Source: an uncultured Verrucomicrobiae bacterium (GTDB taxonomy: Bacteria > Verrucomicrobiota > Verrucomicrobiia > Limisphaerales > UBA11358). Taken from it: 64,000 bases of DNA. Positions 8,973-18,329 of the stretch are shown here, in pieces. The notes beneath the pieces were generated by a model, which was given only the letters and a program-made list of their open reading frames with translations, searched no databases and was not told the DNA's origin. Both the position numbers and the translations under genes were made by a program. The stretch is taken from contig CAWDPX010000007.1 of assembly GCA_963804345.1 (NCBI GenBank), forward strand, positions 13,614-77,613, read 5' to 3'. Numbering within the stretch: the first letter of the stretch is position 1; each line of letters opens with the position of its first letter.

Positions 8973-10269
8973 ATGCCCTTTCGCAGCCTTGGCCTTGACG
9001 CCAAAATTTTGCACGCCGTGCAGGACGCCGGCTACACCGAACCCACCCCGATCCAAGCCGCCGCCATCCCGCCGCTGCTCGCCGGGCACGACCTCATCGG
9101 CATTGCGCAGACTGGCACGGGGAAAACAGCGGCGTTCACCCTGCCCATACTCACCCGGCTCGCGGCGGCACCCGTTGCGGGCCAGCGCCGCGGCACGCGC
9201 GTGCTGGTGATTGCGCCGACGCGGGAACTCGTCCTGCAGATCGAGGAAAACGTGCGGGCTTACGCAAAATATCTTCCGGTGAGCGTCGCCACGGTCTTTG
9301 GCGGCGTGGGCGAACAGCCGCAAATCCGCGCACTGCGGGCCGCGACGGACATCGTCATCGCCTGCCCGGGACGGCTGCTGGACCTGATGGGCCGGCGCTG
9401 CGCCGATTTTTCGGGATTGCAATTCCTCGTGCTCGACGAAGCCGACCGGATGCTGGACATGGGTTTCCTGCCGGACATCCGGCGCATCGTGCAACAACTG
9501 CCGAAGCAACGGCAGACGCTGATGTTCTCCGCCACCCTCTCCCGCGAAATTGAAACGCCTCACGCACGAATTTCAGCGCTCGCCGAAAATGATCCAGATC
9601 GGCCGCCGCTCGAACCCCGCCGAGACGGTCACGCAACTTGTTTATGAAGTGCCCAAGCATTTGAAGCCGTCCCTGCTGCTGCATCTGCTGCGCGATCCGC
9701 AAATGGACATGGTGCTCGTCTTCTCCCGCATGAAACACAGCGCCGATCGCATCGCCCGCAACCTCGAAAGCAAGGGCATCAAGACGGCGGCGCTGCATTC
9801 CAACCGCTCGCAGAACCAGCGGCTGAAGGCGCTGAAAGATTTCAAATCCGGCGCGGTGCGCGTGCTGGTGGCCACGGACATCGCCGCGCGCGGCATAGAC
9901 GTGGACGGCATTTCGCACGTGGTGAACTACGATTTTCCGATGCACGCGGAGGATTATGTCCATCGCATCGGCCGCACCGGCCGGGCGCACGCGGTGGGCG
10001 ACGCCATCAGCTTTGTCACGCCGGAGGACCGGGACGAATTGCGGGCACTGGAACGCTTCATCGGCCGCGGCATCGTCCGCAAGCGCGCGGAAGGTTTCAA
10101 TTACTCGGCTGCGGCGCCGCCGGGACAGCCGGCTGAAGCCGAACGCCGTTTCCCGCAGGGACAGAATAATGGCCGGTCGCAGCGGCCCGCCCATCCGTCT
10201 TCGCCCCATCGCCCGGGGCAGCCGGGACATCATCAGCGGTCAGGCCCGCCCCGCCGCTGGCGGCGGTAG
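8973..10269 (+). pseudogene. rhlE: DEAD-box RNA helicase (RhlE-like) split by a 1-nt insertion near 9558
   Basis: Q motif, AQTGTGKT, PTREL, DEAD, SAT in frame A; ARGID, YVHRIGRTGRA in frame B. Confidence 0.85.
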
Positions 10270-10300
10270 ATGACCAGGGTTTGTTTTGAAATGGGAAATT

Positions 10301-10340
10301 TTGGACTGCGGCGGCAAGCGTAGCGCGATGCCGCTTTGGA
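10301..10340. repeat. REP-like element (TTGGACTGCGGCGGCAAGCG type), single arm
   Basis: Imperfect hairpin GCGGCG..CGATGCCGC between convergent genes. Confidence 0.55.
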
Positions 10341-10373
10341 AAAAGATCAGCCTTGGTTCACCCTGCGCAACGC

Positions 10374-10754
10374 TTACCGTGAATTCGTTTTCAGCCAGGC
10401 AGCATAACCGGCTTCTTTCAGCTTGCCGGCAGCCAGGGCTAAAGTCTTTTCCACCACCGATTCTTCCGTCGCCGTAAATTCCACTCCATTCAACTCCAGA
10501 AAAGTTGCCGCCACCAGGAAGCCCGTGCGCTTGTTGCCGTCAATAAAGGGGTGATTGAGAATAATGCCCGCCGCATAGCTGGCCGCCAATTCCGCGAGCG
10601 TGGGCGAACCGTAAGCCAGAAGGTTTTTCGGCTTCCCCAGCGCGGATTCCAGCATGCCTTCGTCACGCACCCCGGCCCGTCCGCCGTGCTGCGCCAACAT
10701 CATTTCATGAATCGCCAGACAATCGGCGCGGTCCAGCCAGACCGGCGTTTTCAT
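10374..10754 (-). CDS. doc: Doc/Fic family toxin
   Basis: HPFIDGNKRTG motif; overlaps antitoxin stop. Confidence 0.92.
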   Translation of the reverse strand: MKTPVWLDRADCLAIHEMMLAQHGGRAGVRDEGMLESALGKPKNLLAYGSPTLAELAASYAAGIILNHPFIDGNKRTGFLVAATFLELNGVEFTATEESVVEKTLALAAGKLKEAGYAAWLKTNSR

Positions 10755-10981
10755 TTTGCCAGCTCTTTCAAGGCATGGCGATAGCGGCGGCTCAAGCCCT
10801 CGGCCAATTTCATCTTGCGGGCGAATTCGGGGTTGGTGGCCGTGATGCGAAAGCCGCCATCGGTGGAGTCGGTGAGATAAACGGCATCGCCATCGTCCGC
10901 ATTCAGGCGGGCGAGGGCTTCTTTGGGCAAAACCACACCGACGGAATTGCCGACCTTGCGCAGTTTTAATTCCAGAACCAT
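10751..10981 (-). CDS. AbrB/MazE-fold antitoxin
   Basis: LRKVGNSVGVVLPKE; C-terminal RYRHALKELAK. Confidence 0.9.
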   Translation of the reverse strand: MVLELKLRKVGNSVGVVLPKEALARLNADDGDAVYLTDSTDGGFRITATNPEFARKMKLAEGLSRRYRHALKELAK

Positions 10982-11027
10982 GAAATCAATGTAGCAACAA
11001 ATGTAATAACGTCAAGCCGGCTTGGAT

Positions 11028-11147
11028 TTACAGGGCTGGCTCGTGATGGCCTTTGTTTGGGCCGAGCGGATGGCGCGGACAACTCAGGCCGGTCAGGTTG
11101 GCGATGCTGGAGGCTTTGATTCCACAATACTCACAATAGTAGTTCAT
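11028..11147 (-). CDS. 39-aa Zn-finger-like small protein (absent from ORF track)
   Basis: MNYYCEYCGIKASSIANLTGLSCPRHPLGPNKGHHEPAL; co-oriented with neighbours. Confidence 0.7.
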   Translation of the reverse strand: MNYYCEYCGIKASSIANLTGLSCPRHPLGPNKGHHEPAL

Positions 11148-11182
11148 GGTTGAATGTTTGTTGGTTGGGTGCGTTTTGTTTT

Positions 11183-12022
11183 TCAAATTTGATTCCCACC
11201 TACCGGCTGCTCGGCAACCGCGACCGCTCCGCTATGACGTATCGCATCACAGATGGGATCGTAATAGTTTGCGATGTCCTTTTTCCCCGGTGCTGAAAAA
11301 TGCCAGCTATGAATGAGCAACGAGCGATGACCACCGCTTTCGAGCCAGAAGGAATGCACATCTGCTGAATTATGAATCGAAGCCGACAGCTTTCCCAACG
11401 AAGCAAGTTTTTGGTCCTCAAGGTTCATCGCGATGACAATATGAGGCTCCAAAATCGCGATTTCTTCTTCGATAAAGTTGCGGCACCCTTCAGTGGAGAG
11501 GCGGAATGACGTATTGATGAGGGGCCAGTCCGCCGCCGATTTCCCGCTATTATTGCTTAACTTGGAGATGTTCATGAAAGCGAAACTCCAACCCTTTGGC
11601 ACACCAAACGTGTCGCTCAATTTGACTGCTTTATCGATTTTATTCCACTCCGGCATACCGTTCAGAATGCCGTAAGCAATTTTTAACAAGCGTCTTTCGA
11701 TTGGGTAACGGTCGAGAGACCAATCTCCAACACACTTTTTTCGACTATAACAATCATACAAATCTTCAATGTAATTATTACCTCCAGCCATGTCGTATGT
11801 TTCCATTCCGATAAACAAGATTTTTTTCTCCTGACTAAAGTAATAAGGATAAAATCCGTCGAACACCATTTCATCAGCGCTTTGTTCATGCGGCTTCAAC
11901 GATGAATCGTTGTTGTTTTTGAAGTGCTGATGCCAGTCACGAAACAAGTTCTCCAGCAAGTCCAGCTTTGGCTTCTCGTTGGGCGGGTATTTGTCTATTA
12001 TTGCTGTTGGTTTGAATCGCAT
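11183..12022 (-). CDS. Hypothetical protein, probable uracil-DNA-glycosylase-like fold
   Basis: KILFIGME, FAFMNISK, EIAILEPHIVI, HFSA spacing recalls the UDG superfamily; AT-richer than flanks. Confidence 0.55.
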   Translation of the reverse strand: MRFKPTAIIDKYPPNEKPKLDLLENLFRDWHQHFKNNNDSSLKPHEQSADEMVFDGFYPYYFSQEKKILFIGMETYDMAGGNNYIEDLYDCYSRKKCVGDWSLDRYPIERRLLKIAYGILNGMPEWNKIDKAVKLSDTFGVPKGWSFAFMNISKLSNNSGKSAADWPLINTSFRLSTEGCRNFIEEEIAILEPHIVIAMNLEDQKLASLGKLSASIHNSADVHSFWLESGGHRSLLIHSWHFSAPGKKDIANYYDPICDAIRHSGAVAVAEQPVGGNQI

Positions 12023-12047
12023 GGTTTGTTTCGATTTTCATTTCAGC

Positions 12048-12614
12048 TTAATGGGAAAACCGATTCGGGGCAATACCCGCCTTTTGCAGCAACTCGCGCG
12101 GCGTGGTTACTTGCGCTTGTTTCATCATCGCCAGCAGCACACGCCCGGCGGCTTCGGCATCAGCTTGAGCGTGGTGGTGGTTAAATTGGTGGCCGATATG
12201 CGCCGCCAGTGTGTCGAGCTTGTGGTCTGGCAATTCCGGCCAGACGCGCCGGGCAAGCTGACAGGTACACACATAATCAAACTCTGGCCGGGGCAGCCCG
12301 AAATGATCCAACGTCTCGCGCAGATGTCCGATGTCAAAATGGGCGTTGTGGGCGATTACAAGGTCGGCGCGGGTCAGCCGGGCCAGAAATTCCGGCGCAA
12401 TGGCTGGGAATTCCGGGGCATCCAGAACATCCAGATGCGTCAAGTGGTGAATTTCAATGAAGTCGTCACGAAACCATCCGTGCGGTTTTGGTGGCCGCAC
12501 CAGCCAGTAAGGTGATTCCGTCAGTTGACCATCTTCAAAGACAGCCAGTCCGGCGGCACAGATGCTCACGCGCGAGTGATTGGCCGTTTCAAAATCTATG
12601 CTGGTGATGGTCAT
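12048..12614 (-). CDS. DEDDh 3'-5' exonuclease (DnaQ-like)
   Basis: IDFETAN, AHNAHFD, HHAQADA. Confidence 0.92.
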   Translation of the reverse strand: MTITSIDFETANHSRVSICAAGLAVFEDGQLTESPYWLVRPPKPHGWFRDDFIEIHHLTHLDVLDAPEFPAIAPEFLARLTRADLVIAHNAHFDIGHLRETLDHFGLPRPEFDYVCTCQLARRVWPELPDHKLDTLAAHIGHQFNHHHAQADAEAAGRVLLAMMKQAQVTTPRELLQKAGIAPNRFSH

Positions 12615-12641
12615 CGTATTTAAGCCGTAATTATTCAATCA

Positions 12642-12788
12642 AACCACGGATGGACACGGATAGACACGGATTAAGACGAGGCCAAAGGCAGATTCAACAA
12701 TAAAACCGAAATGTCTCACTAATTGGCGGCTCGTTTGCCTAACCGAAAGTCTTTTCTTATCCGTGTTCATCTGTGTCCATCCGTGGTT
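12642..12788. repeat. MITE-like element with inverted ACCACGGATGRACAC arms
   Basis: AACCACGGATGGACACGGATAGACACGGAT ... ATCCGTGTTCATCTGTGTCCATCCGTGGTT. Confidence 0.8.
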
Positions 12789-12847
12789 AAAAGATTTTTC
12801 TGCTGCATGGGTAGGATGCTCCATAGTTATTCGTTCATGTTTCCGGG

Positions 12848-14020
12848 TCATGCGGCAAAGCCAATGCGCGGGCGGTTAATTTCATTGGTGTCCTGTCCGG
12901 CAAACACCTCGGCGAGGGAGTAATCATGGGCTTGTGGTAATTTCCGGCCGAGACTCCCAGCCAGGCGGGCGGCTTGGGCGTAGTCGAGCCGGCCAAAGAC
13001 ACGATGGCAAAGCAGACGGCCAGGACGCAGCAATGCCGGATCAATGTCGGCGGCGGAGCAATTGATCGTGCAGATGATCTGGAGCCGAAGGAAATCGGCG
13101 AGCATTCCATCCGACAAATTCAGGAGTGCGCTTACCTGTTCGCGATTGTCAGAACCACGAGTCATCAGCGCCGCGTCGGAATCCTCCAGAATGACGACGA
13201 ACTTTTTATTGGAATGATGCCATCGCTGATCGGTCCAGAAGCCGATAAAATCGGGCTTTGAAAGAATGCCCATCGCGGCTGTCGGGATGAAATAGAATCG
13301 GTGCGACTCCTTGAGTTCGCCCATGAGGTGCCGAAGATAAAAGGTTTTGCCCGTGCCCGGCTTACCCTCAAAAATCGAGAGACCATTGGGTCGTTCACAA
13401 AGTTTCTTGATAAAACTCTGATGCCATTCTCCGCCGCCACTGCCGTAATGAAGGGCAAGGGCTTCCGGTTTGAGAACCGTGTCGGAAGATAAAGAGACTT
13501 CTTTGGTTTTGATATTGTCTCCTTCCTGCTGGATAAGATAAAAAATCCCGCCGTCCGAGGCCGGGGGCATGGGCATGCGGTATTTCTTGCCAAACTGTGT
13601 CACCAGTCGTTCAGCTTCAATCGCAGTGGCAGCGAAACCAATAATCCGGTCCTTATCGGCATAAAGAAATGTCCGGGGGCCGAACCGAAAGGTGAGATCA
13701 TCCCATTCCTTCGTGGTGTTTTTGGCGTCTTTGGAAGAAAGTTTGCGGATGGATCGGAACAGGATGTCGGCATTTTCTGAAATCATCCGATTCAGATCCC
13801 ATGAACCGTAAAACCGGCAGACATGCAATCGCCCCGCGCCAAAAGCAGACATTACCGGAACATGCGGCTTGCGATATTGTTCAACAAAGGCATCTGCCTC
13901 GGCCAGGTCGCAGATTATTTGCGTTGGAGAACCGGATGATTTTGGTTCGCGAACTGCCGGCTCGGACGCTGGTTCGGGCTGGGTGGTTGCTGTTTGCAGC
14001 GATTCAGGTGCGTTGGTCAT
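12848..14020 (-). CDS. AAA+ ATPase with uncharacterised N-terminal domain
   Basis: Walker A GKPGTGKT, Walker B VVILED, SRH IDPALLRPGR. Confidence 0.9.
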   Translation of the reverse strand: MTNAPESLQTATTQPEPASEPAVREPKSSGSPTQIICDLAEADAFVEQYRKPHVPVMSAFGAGRLHVCRFYGSWDLNRMISENADILFRSIRKLSSKDAKNTTKEWDDLTFRFGPRTFLYADKDRIIGFAATAIEAERLVTQFGKKYRMPMPPASDGGIFYLIQQEGDNIKTKEVSLSSDTVLKPEALALHYGSGGGEWHQSFIKKLCERPNGLSIFEGKPGTGKTFYLRHLMGELKESHRFYFIPTAAMGILSKPDFIGFWTDQRWHHSNKKFVVILEDSDAALMTRGSDNREQVSALLNLSDGMLADFLRLQIICTINCSAADIDPALLRPGRLLCHRVFGRLDYAQAARLAGSLGRKLPQAHDYSLAEVFAGQDTNEINRPRIGFAA

Positions 14021-14113
14021 ATAGTTATCATTTGTCACAGCATGCACCTGTCGTGACTGCCGTTCAAAGGAACTGAATGTCCCCAATCCCTGTCCGATGG
14101 CATCGGGGAAAAA

Positions 14114-15091
14114 TTACTTTGCCGGCACCACCGGCGGCTTATTTTTGAATTCCGCCCGGAGCCGGCTGATGCGTTTGGGGCTTGTGCGTGGATCCCATCC
14201 GAGACCGGCGCAGAGAAATTCGTGTTTCTTTTCACCCTTCAAGCCGAGCCGGAGAGCTTCGTTGTCGAGATGGTGGAGTTTCCCGGCATCTTTCATTTTT
14301 TGGGCTTGTCCTTCGGCAAGAACAGAGCCTTGACGCCCGTGGACGCGAATGCGATGGAGACTGGCAATGGCGTCCCAGCGGATGTCCCGCTTGGGGTCAA
14401 ATGACCAATAAGCGGGAATGTGAATCATCGTCCCATAGGGCGTGAGGTTGACGGCGAGTTTGAGCGGGAGCGGTTCATCGCGCTGCATCCCATAGAGGTT
14501 CCAGCGCAAACAGAACGCATCGAACGCAGCGTGAAAAACGTCGGCGCGGCGACGCAGGTTGACAGAAAATGATGGGCGCAGGTTGCGCTCGGCGCTCATG
14601 GTTCGCCGGATGACGCCCTTATAGTCGCAGTAGGCTTGGATGTTGAAGGCGGCCTTGATGCGCGCCCATTGGCGGCGAAGTTCTGGATCGTTGCGGATGG
14701 CGAGTTCGTTCTGGGAATATTTGGCCTGCGTTTTGACCAGGTTTTCGTAGGTGCCTTTCTGAACGCGGAGTTCGTGGCTGGCCACCGCCGCGCAAATGGT
14801 TTCGTCCGGTGGTTCAGGCAGCAGTTCGATGAGCAGACGGTGCCGCACGTTCAAGCGTTTCCCCTTTTCCAAAACGGCAAGGCAATCCGCCAGCACATCC
14901 TGGACATTAAACGGCCATAGCGTTGGCGGGACGAACATCCAGTGATAAAGCGCTCGCAGTTGTTGAGCAGCCTCATCGTCAAGAGTTCCGGTCGCAGCGT
15001 GGTAACGCCGGAGAACTTTCTCGGCCCATTCCGCCCGGTCAAAGGCGCGAGCTTTGAGTTTTTTCAGGTCGAGAGTGAGTGCCTTTGTCAT
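14114..15091 (-). CDS. Hypothetical basic protein (possible DNA-binding)
   Basis: Long ORF with coherent codon bias; Arg/Lys-rich helical C-terminus; start uncertain. Confidence 0.65.
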   Translation of the reverse strand: MTKALTLDLKKLKARAFDRAEWAEKVLRRYHAATGTLDDEAAQQLRALYHWMFVPPTLWPFNVQDVLADCLAVLEKGKRLNVRHRLLIELLPEPPDETICAAVASHELRVQKGTYENLVKTQAKYSQNELAIRNDPELRRQWARIKAAFNIQAYCDYKGVIRRTMSAERNLRPSFSVNLRRRADVFHAAFDAFCLRWNLYGMQRDEPLPLKLAVNLTPYGTMIHIPAYWSFDPKRDIRWDAIASLHRIRVHGRQGSVLAEGQAQKMKDAGKLHHLDNEALRLGLKGEKKHEFLCAGLGWDPRTSPKRISRLRAEFKNKPPVVPAK

Positions 15092-15179
15092 GGTTCTTCC
15101 GTGGAGCCGAACATATCCCGGCACTTGAGCAAATCCAAGCGCCGAGAAGCCTGACAAGCGGGGACGTACACATCGTATG

Positions 15180-15392
15180 TCAGTGATACCAGGACTTCTG
15201 AATTTCTTCGAGTGTCATCAGGTTGGCGGTTTTCAGGAGGCGGCAAAAATCCTTTTTGCTGACGTGGTGAAAGGTTCCTGCGCGGGTGGTGAGACTCTTG
15301 ACAACCTTGTATTCCACCTCCAGGCGCTCCAAGTGCAGGATGCGGAGATATTCCTCGCCACGTTTCCAGACCTGATCTTGTTGCAACTTCAT
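15180..15392 (-). CDS. Small hypothetical protein
   Basis: MKLQQDQVWK..YLRILHLERLEVEYK; co-oriented with neighbours. Confidence 0.6.
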   Translation of the reverse strand: MKLQQDQVWKRGEEYLRILHLERLEVEYKVVKSLTTRAGTFHHVSKKDFCRLLKTANLMTLEEIQKSWYH

Positions 15393-15458
15393 GGTCAACA
15401 TTATACGAACCGCCTGCAGGCACTGGCCATACGATTATTGTGGAAGGAATAATCGGAA

Positions 15459-15737
15459 TCAACCAGCTTCGGCGTAGTTTAGTTCGCTAAAGTTGTGTCG
15501 CTCGCGGAGTGCGTGCTGCTGCGCGATAAACGAATGCCCGGCGGGCAGGATTTCTTCAATGACACATCGGTCGGCATGGTTGCCAGGTTTTTGGTCGCCT
15601 GACTTTACCAGTTGTTCTTTGACCAGCCCTTGAATGATTTCCGCCGAAAATCCGCATTCCCGCAACGTTGGCCGCACCCCGGAATACATTAAATCCCGAA
15701 GGCGAATTAGCGCTACCAGTTTGTCGTTGGCTGTCAT
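15459..15737 (-). CDS. Hypothetical protein (possible winged helix)
   Basis: 92-aa ORF with ATG start. Confidence 0.5.
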   Translation of the reverse strand: MTANDKLVALIRLRDLMYSGVRPTLRECGFSAEIIQGLVKEQLVKSGDQKPGNHADRCVIEEILPAGHSFIAQQHALRERHNFSELNYAEAG

Positions 15738-16062
15738 TGGTTATCCCGACCGGGACGTGCCCGCTGGAACCAGCATCGCATCGTTTTGATGCGTAACCAA
15801 TGGGGTGTTCACCCCATACAAAAAGGCTGAAGGTTAAAGGCTGAAGTTTATGGCCAGGAAATGCACCGCGCGGAATTTGAAAGTTATGCCCGGGCCATAG
15901 ACGACCGGATTCGCGTGTCCGTGTCTTCGCCCCGCCTGGCCCACATCCCAAGGAAACCTTCTGCCAATGGCGGTTCGTTCTGGCGGAATAATCCGGCGGC
16001 GACGCTCATTCACCGGCCACGTTCATCTTTACACGCCAGCATTGCGGCCATAATCTCAGTGC

Positions 16063-16824
16063 ATGGCCAACGCGGCTCAACTTTTAAGACGTTTCGCATT
16101 TTGCCCGGTGCTCGCCTGTTTTCTCGGCGCGTTCCTGTTAGCTGGTTGCGGGAAGCAATCTTCCGCGCCCCAAAGCCAGCCCATCGCGCCCGCCAATGCC
16201 GCGCCGCCGCCGCCGAAGGCGGCCGGGCCAGGTCCCAATGAAAAAGTCTGCTTCGAGTGCCGAGGGAAAGGCACGGTGCCGTGTCTTGCGCCCGGGTGCA
16301 AAGATGGCGAGGTGGATTGTCCGGGAACTTGTCTTAAACTGTCAAAGGGCGCGTGGATACACATGACCGTGGCCGGACATGATCCGGGCGAGTTGTGGCA
16401 GAAATTTCCGAATCTGAATGGCCAGGGGGGATACCAAGCTTGGAACCAGGATCATGTTGGCGAGGTCATCGTGTACACCAATGGCGTGGCGGTGAATATC
16501 GGCAGGTGCAAGGTCTGCGGTGGCACCGGCAAGGTGACTTGCAGTGTTTGCAACGGAACGGGAAGGCAAACCTGCCCGGTTTGCAACGGAACAAAGTTTG
16601 TTCCGCTCGCCTGGACGCCCACAAATAATCCGTGGTTCAACAGTCAGCCCGATTTGATACGGCTCAAGGATGGACGGGTGGTTCTGGGCCGGGTGGCGGT
16701 GGCGATTGGCGAAGAGCGAACGATCATCACGCGCGACAAACAAACCCTGCACTTGAAAGCCTCGGACATCCTGCCCCGGGCGGATACCAACCCGCCCGCA
16801 GCCAAAACGTCGTCTTCAAAATAA
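16063..16824 (+). CDS. Lipoprotein with DnaJ-type CxxCxGxG zinc-finger repeats
   Basis: Lipobox LAGC; CFECRGKG, CKVCGGTG, CSVCNGTG, CPVCNGTK. Confidence 0.75.
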   Translation: MANAAQLLRRFAFCPVLACFLGAFLLAGCGKQSSAPQSQPIAPANAAPPPPKAAGPGPNEKVCFECRGKGTVPCLAPGCKDGEVDCPGTCLKLSKGAWIHMTVAGHDPGELWQKFPNLNGQGGYQAWNQDHVGEVIVYTNGVAVNIGRCKVCGGTGKVTCSVCNGTGRQTCPVCNGTKFVPLAWTPTNNPWFNSQPDLIRLKDGRVVLGRVAVAIGEERTIITRDKQTLHLKASDILPRADTNPPAAKTSSSK

Positions 16825-16856
16825 TCGCGCTGGAGCCGCCCGGCAACGACAGTGTC

Positions 16857-17312
16857 ATGCGAGAGAACGTAGAGCCAGAACTGACCTTGGAGCAGTTGCG
16901 CACGCTGCTCCCCTGCGTCGAAATGGATTTCGACACGCCGGAAGGCGCCATCCTCTGTTTGGAGGACGCCTGCCGCCGGCAGAACATCGAATCCGCCTGC
17001 GTCTGCAAGAATTTCATGATCGAGGGAACGCTGAAGCTGCTGGACCTTGACCCGAACCTGGCCCGCGACCCGGAGTTTCGGAAGAAGAACGCCCTGCTTT
17101 TGGAGCGGACCTACCGGAAGGCAACCGCGGAGTCCTGGCCCGACCTCAAGGGCGTGGAAAGTTTTTTCATTGACCGCCAGCTTTACACCGACGGCATCGT
17201 GATGGTGACGGAGCTTCACCGGTTGCGGGATGGCACGTTCAACCAGCAAACACTGCTCGTGGCCAAAACCAAGGACGGCTGGAAGGTGCTCAACGAGATT
17301 TCGGACGAGTAA
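16857..17312 (+). CDS. Hypothetical protein (NTF2-like C-terminus possible)
   Basis: GC3-biased ORF ending LVAKTKDGWKVL. Confidence 0.65.
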   Translation: MRENVEPELTLEQLRTLLPCVEMDFDTPEGAILCLEDACRRQNIESACVCKNFMIEGTLKLLDLDPNLARDPEFRKKNALLLERTYRKATAESWPDLKGVESFFIDRQLYTDGIVMVTELHRLRDGTFNQQTLLVAKTKDGWKVLNEISDE

Positions 17313-17404
17313 GCCGCAGGGTGACCACAGTCCGATGTTTGTCCCGGGTTAACGTTGTTTATTCATTCTTGACGTCTTGAAAGTCGGGCTGCTAATAAAG
17401 ATTC

Positions 17405-18235
17405 GTGCCTTGGAATAGAATTCTTCACTCCCTGAAGCTGTGTATTTTGTTTGCGGCGCTGTTCCCGCTCACCGGATGTCTTACCGAGGGGACGTTTGAG
17501 GCCGAAGGTCCGCTGGGCGACAGCGGTTCGAGGGGTTCCTTGAGCCAGGCCATGAAATCATCCGCCAGCGGCAGCACGCAGCCGGTGCCTGGGTCCGGCT
17601 ATTCGGAAAACTCCGCGCCGGTTATGGCCAATGTGAATGTGGCGGTGGCAACGGGTTCCGGTGGCGGTGTGACAAAACATGCTGATGAGGGCCGGGACTA
17701 TACCGCGCAGGTTCCGGTGGATGTGGCATATTCGGTCCCGTTTAACGGCGAGTTTCAGTCCATTACGCGGTTTACCATCACCCCACTCTGCCTGGAAAAT
17801 GATCGTTACAGCGTGGGCCTTTTTCTGAGTGGCGACATCGTGGGTTTAAAACCGGGGACTCTGCCGGACAACGCTATCGAGAACGCGTGGATGCTGGAAG
17901 CCGGCGTTGCCGGCCGCCTGTATCTCAATCCCGCCCATGCCTTTATCAGCCCGTATTTCTCGGCCAACATTGCCTATCAGGTGCTGTTCTGGGATTACCG
18001 CAACCCGGTTTATACCAGTGATGGGGACACAATCCAGTCGGACGCCCTGCAGGGCATGGGCGGCTATGTGGGATTCGGCGTTGCCTTCTACCGCAGCAGT
18101 CACTTGAACCTGTTTGGCGAGGCAGGCGTCGGGGGAACGGCATTCACGGACCAAACCGCCCAAGGTTTCGACAATGACGTTTTCCACAACTTCGGTTACT
18201 TTTCAGTCAAGGCCGGGCTGTGTGTGAAATTCTGA
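17405..18235 (+). CDS. Putative outer-membrane beta-barrel lipoprotein
   Basis: Lipobox LTGC; alternating beta strands; C-terminal Phe (AGLCVKF). Confidence 0.6.
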   Translation: MPWNRILHSLKLCILFAALFPLTGCLTEGTFEAEGPLGDSGSRGSLSQAMKSSASGSTQPVPGSGYSENSAPVMANVNVAVATGSGGGVTKHADEGRDYTAQVPVDVAYSVPFNGEFQSITRFTITPLCLENDRYSVGLFLSGDIVGLKPGTLPDNAIENAWMLEAGVAGRLYLNPAHAFISPYFSANIAYQVLFWDYRNPVYTSDGDTIQSDALQGMGGYVGFGVAFYRSSHLNLFGEAGVGGTAFTDQTAQGFDNDVFHNFGYFSVKAGLCVKF

Positions 18236-18329
18236 TCCGGCGGACGGCATTATACCGTGTGTGAACCGCCAGCGTTCTGGCATTAAACCCGTCGGACGTG
18301 GTGACAGATCTGTCTTCCCCGCCACCGCT

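Noticed and set aside
12639..12851. 70-aa ORF overlapping the AAA stop
   Set aside because: Mostly translation of the inverted repeat element (NHGWTQMNTD...IRVYPCPSVV); at best a remnant
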